Under the pieces are notes generated by a model. It was not told the DNA's origin. It saw only the letters and a list, made by a program, of their open reading frames with translations, and did no database searches. From contig CM052817.1 of the NCBI GenBank assembly GCA_028534125.1, forward strand, positions 43,898,001 through 43,962,000: DNA of 64,000 nt, read 5' to 3'. The DNA comes from Lama glama (lineage: Eukaryota). Shown here one piece after another: positions 14,915-26,739 of the stretch. Positions within the stretch are counted from its first letter, which is position 1. Each line of letters begins with the position of its first letter. A program made the position numbers and the translations under genes.

Positions 14915-16107
14915 TTTTAATTTATTTATTGAAATATAGTCAATTGCAATATGTCAATTTCTGGTGTAGAGCATAATGTTTCAGTCATACGTATACATAC
15001 ATATAATTATTTTCATATTATTTTTCATTATAGGTTACTATAAGATATTGAATATAGTTCCTTGTGTCATACAGAAGAAATTTGTTTTTTTTATCTATTT
15101 TGTATATAGTAGTTAGTATCCCACCCCCATCTCCCTGGCAGCCATAAGTCTGTTAATATGTCTGTGAATCTGTTTCTGTTTTGTAGATGAGTTCATTAAT
15201 GTCTTCTTTTTTGTTTCCTTTTTTTTAAATATATTCCACATATGAGTGATATCATATGGTATTTTTCTTTCTCTTTCTGTCTTACTTCACTTAGAATGAT
15301 GATATCCAGATCTATCTATGTTGCTGCAAGTGGCATTATTTTATTCTTTTTTATGGCTGAGTAGTATTCCATTGTATAAATATACCACGGCTTCTTTATC
15401 CAGTGATCTGTCAATGGACATTTAGGTTGTTTCCATGTCTTGGCTATTGTGAATAGTGCTGCTGTGAACATTTGGGTGCATATATCTTTTCAAATTAAAG
15501 TTCCCTCCAGAAATACGCCCAGGAGTGGATTTGCTGGATTATACAATCCCTATCAAATTACCCAGGACATTTTTCACAGAACTGGAACAAATAAACCTAA
15601 AATTTCTGTGGAATCACAAAAGGCCCAGAATTGCCAAAGCAGTAGTGAAGAAAAAGAACAAAGCTGGAGGAATAACCCTCCCAGACTTCAGACAATACTA
15701 CAGAGCTACAGTAATCAAAACAGCATGGTATTGGCACAAAAACAGATACATGGATCAATGGAACAGAATAGAGAGCACAGAAATAAACCCACAGACTTAT
15801 GGTCGATTAATCTTCAACAAAGGAGGCAAGAATATACAGTGGAGAAAAGACAGTCTCTTCAGCAAGTGGTGTTGGGAAAACTTAACAGCTGCATGGATAT
15901 CAGTGACATTAGAACAGTCCCTCACACCATACACAAAATAAACTCAAAATGGCTTAAAGATTTAAATATAGACAAAACATATAAATCTCCTAGAAGAAAA
16001 CATAGGCAAAACATTTTCTGACAGAAGTCTTAGCGGTGTTCTCCGAGGGCAGTCTACCCAGGCAATGGAAATAAAAGCAAGAATAAACAAATGGGACCTA
16101 ATTAAAC
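14915..16107 (-). mobile_element. 5'-inverted (twin-primed) L1 insertion: antisense 3' end 14915-~15543 plus inverted ORF2 piece ~15545-16107 on + strand
   Basis: Exact 13-bp TSD tgaatgggttctt at 14902-14914 and 16108-16120; + strand ORF 15525-15941 encodes L1 ORF2 C-terminal region ([15 protein letters not shown]...[24 protein letters not shown]). Confidence 0.92.
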
Positions 16108-16650
16108 TGAATGGGTTCTTCCTGAATGTTTGCATTATTGTTATCTATGGACTTTAGTTGAATATGTCATTGAAGACAAATGCCATCCAGAGGCCTTTGG
16201 TATAGAAGAGGAGTGGGAATGTTGATGAAATCATTATTTATCTCAGGGTGTCTTCTAAGCTCTTGTGATTGCCATCAGTCTTTATTTTCATCAATATAAT
16301 TCTGCTCTATGCAGTGAGATTTGCTGGTTGCTGTTTTTCAGTATCAGCTGGTGAGCACATTTAAGGAAGTTATAAATTTTGTATGACAGTTGTAGTGATT
16401 AATAGTTGTGTATAGTTAAAAATAGATATTGATGAAGAAATAGAAACTTCAGAAATGCTTCAGTGCAAGGGTTATTTTGCTTTATTAAAGAAGGTAGACT
16501 TAGACATATTTTCTCAAAAAGGAAATGGTCTTAATTAAGAACAGATGGGAAGGACAGATGTTAGTCAAGGTGGGTATTCAATAAATAACAAATAATGTGT
16601 TGCATAACCTTTGGGAATAAATGGCAATAGAAGACAGATTTATCTGAGAA

Positions 16651-16694
16651 TATGTAAAATGTAATAAGTCATTATGTAAAATGTAATAAGTCAT
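16651..16694. repeat. 22-bp perfect tandem duplication
   Basis: (tatgtaaaatgtaataagtcat)x2. Confidence 0.9.
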
Positions 16695-18261
16695 TGACGT
16701 CTTGCTCTAAAATGTAAGCAGAAATATCTAATGTAGGTTTAATTTTGTCTTCTTTCAACTTTGGGAACTCTGCCAGCATCTGCAGCTCTGCCCCAGATTG
16801 CTTTGCAAACTACTATTGAGACGATCACTTAATATTTCTTTGGAAATAAGTGTGTGTCTAATGGTTTGTATTTTATGGTTGGATTCATTGAGTTAGAAAT
16901 CTGTGATTCATTATGAAGCATTCTTTGGTATTTGTAGCACTTTCTCTTTCTTATTCTAAATCCTGCGTGATTATTGTGCTGAACTATAGACTGAGATACA
17001 TGACTTTAAATTTATAGAAGGTGGTGGGAGAGAAGCTGTAGTTTAACACTATAGGATTAATATCTTTATATACACTGTAGAGCCTGGTGGGGTTTTTGTG
17101 TTTTTTTTTTTAAATAACCTGCTCCAAATGACCAAAATTAACAGAAGTTTAGTTCTGGCCTTTAATAATTTGCTTTGATTTGACTCAGATAGCTATTATT
17201 ATTGTTTTTTGGGGTGTTGGGGTAGGAAGGAGTTATGTTGTATTATTTTGCTAGCCCCTAGCCCCAGGTATAAAACCTGAAATTTGGGATTCCTTAGCAA
17301 TATTATATTTGGGGGGTATTTCATATTTATCTTGTAACATAGTATTCATTGAACAGCATGTTATATAGGCATGTTGTATTTTATTTACAGTTTTGGAAAC
17401 TCCAATTTAAATTTTTCTAGGGCAAAGTGGCCCTACTGTTACATATAATGTCGCTTGTAATGTAAAAAAATTGGAATACATTTTCCATGAAGTCAGTATT
17501 TTACAAATTTACCTGAAGTTTTTGCTTAGTGAAACAGAAAGCTGAGAAATAAACTAATGAAAATCTTCACCGTGTGTAGTAATTAATCTGTCTTTGGTGA
17601 TGGAGATTAACTTGTTTACTTTCAGTATAGTCCATGTAGGAACTAACAAGTAGGAGATTATCAGGTTCTTTGTCCAGGACTGACAGTTAATATCAGAAAC
17701 TTTGCACTAGCACCTGAGATAGCTCCATAGGTGATTTGCCAAGATCCAAGGAATGGGGGAAATTGGATGGCAGGTTCAAAGAAGCTTATGTAGTTATTAG
17801 GGGAGCTATGTGGAGTATTTTTCATACTATGGAAATGAGGTTGAGGACTGAAAGTTAAAAAATGCTGTGTTGCCAAGGGTCTTTTAGTTTACTTTGTTAC
17901 ATGATCAGGATCCTTGGTTATAAATTAGGTTGATGTAATGGGAGAATCCTTTGGGAACTGATGTAAGACATTGCAGAAATTGAAAACTCTTGGAAAAACT
18001 AATTCAAAAGTCTGCCTCTTATCAATTCAAAAAAGAAGATGGAAAAAAAAATAAGCTGCTAGGCTTTACAAAATAAAACATTCCTATTTTCTGGATGAAA
18101 AGTGTCCGTCACTCTGTATTTAAGCCTTGGACTGACCTGTATGTGAGACTGTGAGAAAGCACATGTGTGTCACATTTAGAGACTTAAATTGCATTTGAAT
18201 TATTATTTTATATACGTACATATTTTTTTCTACTCACAGGCATATTGTTCCTATGTATTTA

Positions 18262-18650
18262 TTTTCTAGTTGGAGTACTGTTGCTGTCCAATAAAAGTTA
18301 CAGGTATACAGTATAGTGATTCATACTTTTAAAGGTTATACTCAATTTATAGTTATAAAATATTGGCTATATTCTCTGTGTTGTACAATATATCCTTGAA
18401 GCTTATCTTGTACATAATAGTTTGTATCTCTTGATCCACTGCCCCTATATTGCCCCTCTCCCCACTGGTAAACACTGGTTTGTTCTCTGTATCTGTGAGT
18501 CTACTTCTTTTTTGTTATATTCACTAGTTTGTTGTATTTTTAGATTCTATGTATAAGTGATATCATACAGGATTTGTCTTCTCTGACTTGTTTCACTTAA
18601 CATAATGCCCTTCAAGTCCATCCGTGTTGCTGCAAATGGCAAAATATTAT
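18262..18650 (-). mobile_element. 5'-truncated L1 3'UTR, antisense
   Basis: tacagtatagtgattcatac ... atctgtgagtctacttct ... gtccatccgtgttgctgcaaatggcaaaat. Confidence 0.8.
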
Positions 18651-20639
18651 TTGAAGTAATTTATTATATATCATTTAAATAATATTTTGTGTTATGTATA
18701 CATATTATATATTATTATATAATATTATTTTATATTTTAAGTTATTTTGAAATGGTTCTTTGTGATACATCTCCAGGGTGGAAAGTTGATGCTGAGGTGA
18801 GGAACTGAGAAAGAAAATAAAGCTGAATAGGAGGATTCAGTAATACCTATTTCCTAAATTTGAGCTAAGTTTTTAGTAGAATGTTTGAAAACCTGATGTT
18901 TGGGATAGTAGTGATCACAGAACTATAGACTCTTCTAAATTACTTAAGTGAAAAATATTTCAACTTCAGTCAGGCTATCCAAATCTAGATTCACTTTGAA
19001 GAATTAAGTGAATTGTATTTTTATTCGCTTCCTAATCAAATCTGAAAGAGGCCTCTGACTCCTAATATAAGAGTATTAGTATTACTTTGGTTTTTACATA
19101 TTATAAGACATGGGTAAACATTTTAGGATCTGTTTTGCAGGAAGAGGTTTTGTAAATTTTAACAGATTTGCAAAGATGGAAACTTGTGAAAAATTTAAAA
19201 ATACATATTTCTTATATGGTAGCTGTTTTAGAGATGAGAGAGGGTCAGAAGAGATGACAGTTATTAAGCTCCTATCTAGATTTTAAGAATATTTAGGGAA
19301 ATTGAACATATGGATTAATGACCATTTCATGATGCTAATTTTTAGAAGAGCATTGACTGTTAATTGGGAAAAGTCGGAGGAAGGTGGTCATTTTCAGGAT
19401 TATAAAGCATATGATCATTCCACAAATATATACTAAGTGCTTACTATGTGGTAGAAACTGTATAAAGATATAAAAAAGATAGTCCTTTACATAGAAGTAA
19501 CTCATCGTCCCCTTAAGTAACACACCGTCTAGTGGGAGCCATAACTAAAACAACCAAATTAAGTTGACCTATCCTCTATGTTTTATAGAAATGATTTAAA
19601 ATTAATGAAACATGTTTTTGCAGACTTCTTAGTCTTTTTTTTTTTTAACCGATCCTCATTGTAGATAATGGATTTGTAGGATGTCTTTGGATCTAGATCT
19701 GTTTGATTTGGTTTTGCTTAATCTTGTGTTTTTGTAGAATCTTATATTAGTATGCAGACGTACCCAAAGAGACACATGTGCCTTATGGTGTATGGTAGAA
19801 ATTCTGAAAACCTTGTTATCTAAAAATTTTATATTCAGAAATATTTTACACAGGCCAAATGTGGTAGAAATCAAAATTTCCCCCTGTGAAAAATAATCAT
19901 ATTCTTTCTGCTGTATAAAGACCTGGGGCATTTATGGAAAATAAAATGTTTCAGCATCACCCAAATTGTATGATAAAATTAGAGCAGAAGAGCTTAACCT
20001 GGTAATTTGTAAGCTAATAGCAGATAAACAAATCTGGAAAAACTTTCTCATTGCTCCCTTTAGTAAATGGGAAGGGATGACTATTTTTCCTTCAGAAATA
20101 TTAGGACAAATTTCAGTCTGAGAAATTTTGATTGTACTCTTATAAACTAGCTTTAATTTCTTGATAAATGACAAAATACTTCCTATTTTTTGTATATTCT
20201 CTACTTGTAACAAATTTGAGACCATCTAAAGGTAACTTTCATTGAGGTGTAAGTTCTAATAAAGTCTACTTAGAAACACTCCAGTTGTAGACATTTGATT
20301 TTGGTGGGTGTACGTATGTCTCTCTGTGTTAAAATATGAGCAGAGAAAGCTATAAATACTGTGAGGCAATTTACTGATAGCATGCAGGAGTTTAATTAGA
20401 TTCAGGAATTTGTGATTTGCTTTTCTTGTTAGATCTGAATTGGGTTTCATTTTCTGCCAACTACCAAGCAGTGACTATTATATTAGACCACTTGAATGGT
20501 TACTTTTAGGGCCATTTGTTATCTGATTTATACATTGCACACATGAGGAGTTTTATGTCTAGTTGGTCATTGCTGGTGATTGATTGTTCAGTGATTATTT
20601 TGGTAATTATATGAAGAAGACTACAATATTAGTTTCAAT

Positions 20640-20749
20640 TAGGGTGGCCATGTCACTCATCAACCAAATTGGACACTTTTGGTAATGAAAAATGATATTA
20701 ATGATTACCTAAGAACAACAAATATGAAAAAAATGCATGATCATCTTAA
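20640..20749. mobile_element. hAT-Blackjack MITE (MER94-like), degraded
   Basis: tagggtggccat...ggacacttttgg...atgatcatctta; imperfect terminal inverted ends. Confidence 0.55.
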
Positions 20750-21260
20750 TTAGGATGATTTTGATTGCAAGTAACAGAAAACACAACTCAAACTAGTAGT
20801 TTAAACAAGAAGCATAATAGATTGGCTTGTGTATCCCGAAAGCCCAGTGTTTGTTGAGGACTCCAGCTTTCTCTGTTTTCTAGTTTCTGACTGCAATGGC
20901 TGGCTTCCCTTATAGTTGTTGGATGGCTGCCTTTGGCAACTGAGGCTGTATTTGTCTTCATGTATGACCAGCAGGAGGGGGAAGCCTGCTCCTCCCATGA
21001 ACATAGGATGATTCTTAAGCCTCCTGGTTATTAGATACTTCTGAACTAATCTCTGTGACAAGGGGAATGTCATGTGCTGATTGTCTTAGATATGGGATAT
21101 CTGAATATCACTTAGGCAAGAAGGATAGGATTACCTTGATTCTCTTAGAGGAGTCAGACTCCATTCAGGAAACTGGTGTAGGGTTAGTCTGTCTTGGAAA
21201 GCAAGGCAGCTAAATTAAGGGAAAGAGATGCAATGGATGTTTGGGAAGCAACCACCATGT
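20750..21260. mobile_element. Old MaLR LTR (MLT1-type) remnant
   Basis: ttaggatgattttgattgcaagtaacagaaaacacaactcaaactagtagtttaaaca start typical of old MLT1 LTRs. Confidence 0.55.
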
Positions 21261-21496
21261 TCACTGTGAAGTCCATTGTCACTGCTTTTTTGCATTTTCC
21301 CTGAGACATCCTGTTATTGAGTTCCTGTAGTAGCCTAGCATACTAGAGATGCGTTTTCCTTTAATGAGAATTTGGAGTATAAAAGGACTTAGTAGCCTGA
21401 CAAGAGGGGAAAAAAAGAGAACTTACCATCCCATTTTTCTCTTTTTTCCTATAAACCTATAGTAATTGTTGATCATCTTTTTTTTTTTCCTTACAG

Positions 21497-21618
21497 ACTA
21501 ATAGGGATGCCAAAGGAAAAATATGATCCTCCAGATCCTCGCAGAATTTATACCATCATGTCAGCAGAGGAGGTAGCCAATGGGAAAAAATCTCACTGGG
21601 CAGAGTTAGAAATCTCGG
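21497..21618 (+). CDS. CNOT6L: CNOT6L exon 2 (LIGMPKEKYDPPDPRRIYTIMSAEEVANGKKSHWAELEIS); internal ATG at 21507
   Basis: Polypyrimidine tract tttttttttccttacag|ACTAATAGGGATG; donor TCGG|gtgagt. Not in the ORF track; read manually. Confidence 0.95.
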
Positions 21619-22039
21619 GTGAGTAGAATCTGAAACACTTAATCTGGAATACAGTAACAATAATGAACAAGAGTTGAGTTTCGTTATATTTATTTCCTTA
21701 TTGTACATTTTTAATTAGGTGAATTAATCAAGAAAATACAAGATAATGAGGTACTAGTGTTATCTGTGACTAAATATCTTTACTCCTGTTGTTTCTTTTG
21801 AGATTAATACTGTGAGCCCGAGTTGGCATCTAGAACTGAGGACACCAAGAGTTCAGTTTCAAAGTAAAACCAGGTGTTTTGGTACAGTAGATTTTGTTTT
21901 GGCTATTGCTGGGTAATTATTTTTGCAAACTGATCTTTGCCATCCTCCTGTCATCCCATTTTTGGCAGAGTAGGGAACCTAGGAGCTATTTATTCTACTA
22001 AGTAATAACTGTGTTACATGACCTTACTTGTTAAAATAG

Positions 22040-22460
22040 AGTATGATTCCTAAAAACCCATAACCCCAGTCTTATAGTGAGAAAAACATCAGACAAACTC
22101 AAACCGAAGGACATTTCACAAAATTTCTACCTAGTAATCCTCAAAATTGTCAAGGTCATGAAAAACAAGGGAAGACTGAGAAATCGTCACACATTAGAGA
22201 AGACCTAAAGAGACTGTGATGACTAAATGCAAAGTGGTGTCTTGAATAGAATCTTGGACTAAAAAGATGTAAAAACTGGTGAAATCCAAATAAATCTGCA
22301 AATTAGTTAATAAATACTAATCTTGGCTTCCCAGTTTTGACAAATGTACCATGGTAATATAATGTTAGGATGAGGGCTATATAGGAACTATATTATCTTG
22401 GTAACTTTTCTGTAAATCTAAAATTATTACCATGTTGAAAGTTTATTAAAAATAAAATGT
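22040..22460 (+). mobile_element. L1MC-type 3' end, sense
   Basis: aaaacatcagacaaactcaaaccgaaggacatt ... gactaaatgcaaagtggtgtcttgaataga ... ttttctgtaaatctaaaatta followed by A-rich end. Confidence 0.75.
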
Positions 22461-22674
22461 AAGTATAGTTTTCTTTTATCAATTGTTGCAATACAGATTG
22501 TGTATCGAATGTAGTTTTTGCCCAGTAGGCTTTCATTTGGAAAAGTTAAACACACACTATGATGTCAATAGCAAGAATTATCTGTACCTTTAGCTAAAAA
22601 GTAACTGGGTGGATAGGTGATTGGTAATTAAAAAATATGAATATGAGCAAATCCTATTAGGTTACCATGGCACA

Positions 22675-22872
22675 GCTTGGCACTCTTGACACTTCAGGCT
22701 GGACAGTTGTTTGTGGTTGGGGGTGGTTGTGTGCATGTAGGATATTTAGCAGCATTTGTGACCTCTGATTCGCTACATGTCAGTAGCACCCCTCTAGTTT
22801 TGGCAACCAAAAATGTCTCCAAATTGCCAAAGCCCCTTGGGGAACAATATCGCCCTCTAGTTGAGATCCATT
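22675..22872. mobile_element. MER20-like MITE, second copy
   Basis: cttggcactcttgacac...caaccaaaaatgtctccaaattgccaa...gttgagatccatt, colinear with the 6179 copy. Confidence 0.7.
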
Positions 22873-23037
22873 AAGTTTAACTCTGATAAAACTAAGTTTT
22901 TTTATTTTAGCCTCTTTTCACTTGAAAACTTTGTTTCCTATTAAAATGCAAAATCCTAGTTGGCACTTTAAGCCTGATTATAGACATCATGAAGGAGTCT
23001 GTGATATAACTCTGGACAGAAGATCTAAGTTTTGAGT

Positions 23038-23069
23038 CTACTGCTCAATAGCTCTACTGCTCAATAGCT
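23038..23069. repeat. 16-bp perfect tandem duplication
   Basis: (ctactgctcaatagct)x2. Confidence 0.9.
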
Positions 23070-23990
23070 CAATACAAAAAGTAACATTTTCCCCTTTCAG
23101 ATTTTTTTTTAACCCCTTCTACCTTCCACTGCTCTCTTAGTCAAAATCTGTTCTTTAGAAAGTGATGTATTATTAAAATACCATTTTACTTTGGTAAAGT
23201 TCTGAAAGTTTCGTCATATAAATTTATTAGGATATCGTATTTTACAGAAGCTGAAGCTGTGTGATTTTCTTAGGCTTATATGGCTAATAAATGGTAAAAA
23301 TCAGGACTCTGAACTAAATCTTCTGACTTTTTCCAGCATATGTTCTACTGTAGCTGTCAGATGCTGACTGATTGATAAAGCTTAGTGTGTGACTATTTCC
23401 TTGAGTATGTTTCATTTATTAGAAAATCTTAAACCAGAGTTTTTAACCTATAATTGTAACATCAGAAAACTGGGGAAGATGTCTCCTTGGGGGTAAAATG
23501 GTTTTCCCAGTGGCTAATCTAAAGTTCTAAATCATAGCAATTACTCTTGTCTATTTAAAGTTTGTAGACTTAATCCAGGCTCTAGATATGGATGAGCCTT
23601 GCATTATTAATTTTCATGAAGTAGAGAAGTCCTTTTGTTAGGGCTTGACTTAGAAGAATTCAGGAGTGTTCTACTGCAGAAGTTCAATTCAATCCCATGC
23701 TTTGTCCTTGAGACCATAGGATCACCCTGACTCCAAGGGTCTCTTCATTAAGGCACGTCTCATTAATACAGGGAAGGTTCGTGAAAAAGTATGGTTGTTA
23801 GATGACAGTGATATGAAATAAAGAAGGGCCAGGTTGTTTGAAAGCAATCAAATAGCATTAAATACAAAATTAAAATGTCAAGGTCCCAATATCTGTATGT
23901 ATTTTCAGGCTGTTCTCCCACTTGTTAGTTTTTGTGGTTCAGTCTTTGTCTTAGGCCTAGAGTTTAATGCATCAATATTTTGCCTTTTAG

Positions 23991-24177
23991 GTAGAGTGCG
24001 GAGCTTAAGTACATCACTTTGGTCATTGACACACTTGACAGCGCTGCACCTAAATGACAATTACCTTAGTCGCATTCCACCTGATATTGCCAAGCTTCAT
24101 AATCTGGTTTACCTGGATCTGTCATCCAATAAACTCAGAAGTTTACCAGCAGAACTAGGAAACATGGTGTCTCTCAG
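23991..24177 (+). CDS. CNOT6L: CNOT6L exon 3, leucine-rich repeats (GRVRSLSTSLWSLTHLTALHLNDNYL...NMVSLR)
   Basis: ttttag|GTAGAGTG ... CTCAG|gtgagg; LxxLxLxxNxL motifs; contained in ORF 23834-24181. Confidence 0.97.
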
Positions 24178-25503
24178 GTGAGGAAATACAAATGTAATTC
24201 ACTATATAAAATTCTAAGTTTACCAAATAAGAAAGTTGTGGGAGGTTACTCACCTTACAATAGGACTTCTGTGTGTATGTGAAGATCAAATGATACAAAT
24301 TGTCTAAGCACAGTGCTTAAGTTGGCCTCCATTGAACATTTCTTTTCCTTCCTTCCTTTAAATTTGGAGGTTTCTGGCTAGAAATGCACTTATCTTCTAA
24401 TATCTTTTGACAAACTTAGGGTATGGCTGAAATAAAACACTAAGTCTCATGTTAGACTCAAGTGACAAGTCTAATCAGAATTAATTATGACTAAACTAGT
24501 TCAGATTAATCAGAAATAATTGAGAAAATACGATTTGCCTGTAAGTAGAACTTCTGGGATCATATCTGTTTTATAAGACAAGGTATACTTGTCTATTACA
24601 ACTCCTTAAGGAACCTTAAAATCTAACAATAAGTAGATTTATTTCTAGCCTATCAGGATTCTTTAAGAATTTCTTCATAGGAGAAAATTTTATAGGAATC
24701 TTGAGACCTTGAATAAATGTTCCCAGTAAAATCAAGGATTGCTTTTCTACTTTATTTACTGAGTAGTAATTTAAAAATTGGCTACCACATGTTTAAAATG
24801 AAACATTTAATATTGTTTTAAAATCTTATTCTTCACCATCCACTTACTGTATGTTTCTGTTGCTTTTTATACTGTTTAGTCATTTACTTAATACTTTTTA
24901 GGCATCAGTAAATAACGAGGGCTGTTTGTTTTTTTAAAATCTACCCAAAATTGCACAGTGATAAACTCAGATCTTACCTTGCCATCCTATTATCTGTATT
25001 TATCCTATGCTTTATTTTTAATGTTTATATCCTATGTCAGTGATTGTCATAGGATCTTGATGTGATTACAACTGTAATGTTACAAAAATTGATACAGGTA
25101 ATTGGCTATTAATTACAAGTAAATTCTGAAGTTTGTTAAAAAAAATTACTTTTTTCTATGAATTAGACCAGGTTCAAGGACATCTGTCTTTGGATATGTG
25201 GAATATCTGTCATTCTGATTTGCATCTGACAGATACTTTGGGTGAGAGAGAAAAGGGAGTGGGTTTAACCTGAGAATGATATAGTTCTTATACCTTTAAC
25301 TTTAATCTGTGCCAGAGAATGAGTAAATCATAGAAACACTGTTAATAATTATTGCAGTTACACATTTTGTAGGACTTTAATATTGCACAGCAGTTTTAGA
25401 TGAATGTATAGAAATATGCCTTGAGTGTAGACATCACTCATAGTATGATAGAATGTATTAATAAAGTTTAATTTATGAAACTAAAACAATTTTTTTTAAA
25501 CAG

Positions 25504-25589
25504 GGAATTGCTTTTAAATAACAATCTGTTACGGGTTTTGCCTTATGAACTTGGTCGGCTCTTCCAGCTACAAACTCTAGGTTTGAAAG
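25504..25589 (+). CDS. CNOT6L: CNOT6L exon 4, LRR (ELLLNNNLLRVLPYELGRLFQLQTLGLK)
   Basis: aaacag|GGAATTG ... AAAG|gtgagt; in phase with exons 3 and 5. Confidence 0.96.
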
Positions 25590-26120
25590 GTGAGTGATTT
25601 CTTAAAAATGATAGTGCTAACACTCAGTATTGAGATTTTTCTTAGCCTTTTAAAGACCATTTTGGTTATAATTAGTCAAGTTTTAGTGTAATTTAGAGAA
25701 TGTAGCTATACATTTCTCTGGAAAGAAAAGTGGTTCTTCTGTATCAAATTGTGCTTCAGGATTTCAACAAGCTGTCATCATTTTAACAAACTTGCATGGG
25801 GAAAATTTTGTGGGTGTTTTGTTTTGTTTTTATATTTGACTTTTAACTTTCTATAAAACTCTGAAATTTCTAAGAGGAAATAATTTAAATTAACACTTAA
25901 CATTGTAGTTTTTTCCATTTAAAAAAAATTTAAAAAACAAAGATGTAGCAGAGTGAATCTTTACCTTAGTCAGAATGTCCCATGTCAGGTTTTGATAGAA
26001 TAGATAGGATAGCATCGACATATTATATGATTATGAGAGGGAAAACATTGTAATAGTAAACAAGTACCAATAAGTATGATTATTATAAATAAAATATATT
26101 AATCTAAAATGCCTGTTATT

Positions 26121-26209
26121 GGGAAGTGAGTATAGCTCAGCGATAGTCTGAACTTAGCCTGCATGAGGTCCTGGGTTCAATCCTCAGTACCTCCATTAAA
26201 AAAAAAAAA
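26121..26209 (+). mobile_element. tRNA-derived SINE, camelid Vic-1-like
   Basis: A-box tatagctcag, B-box gggttcaatcc, cagtacctcc, poly(A) tail; degenerate TSD aaaatgcctgttat / aaagttcctgtaat. Confidence 0.8.
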
Positions 26210-26739
26210 GAAAGTTCCTGTAATGATACCATCTCAGTTGGGAATGAAAATCATACTCAAATCACATAAATGATGAAATTTATGTGCTTTTTTCTTATAG
26301 CATAGCATAGCAAAAAAGGTTTATTTTGAAGGCAGAGGACTGGATAAGTTTACAGTATTGGTTAAACATTTTATTCTGTGCTCATGAGGACTGAACATTA
26401 ATTAAAGCCTTATGAAGTATATAATTTCATGTATTTTATTTTCCTTCTTCAAAGACTTGATCTCCAGTGAACATGTTCTATTTGTGTTTGCTTTTGCTTA
26501 AGTTGTATAGTGGAGCATTAAGAAAGAAGCTTGAGTAAGGATGGGAAGATTGCTGACATTATTGGTTGAAATGACAGAAGTGGTGTTAGGCTTCCTGATA
26601 CAGTTAACCCTTCATAAATTGGATAATTATATGAATGTTCTAAGTCTTGTGTTTTTAGTTTTTCTGTAGGATTTTATTGATACTTTTTAATCATGTATGA
26701 AGTGGACAATTCCACTCCTAGGAACTCTATTAGGAGGCA

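Noticed and set aside
15440..16021. 193-aa ORF as a novel gene
   Set aside because: Chimeric off-frame reading across the L1 inversion junction; TTG start, no independent support.
18645..18750. AT-only low-complexity tract; also TA/TG runs at 2868-2884 and 12380-12450
   Set aside because: Ordinary simple repeats.
23985..23996. Recursive splice site-like AG|GT at starts of exons 3, 10 and 11
   Set aside because: GT is explained by split Gly/Ser codons, reconstituted donors are weak and the introns are short.
26121..26195. tRNA gene (also 59810-59887)
   Set aside because: Degenerate cloverleaf, A-rich tails and TSDs indicate SINEs.
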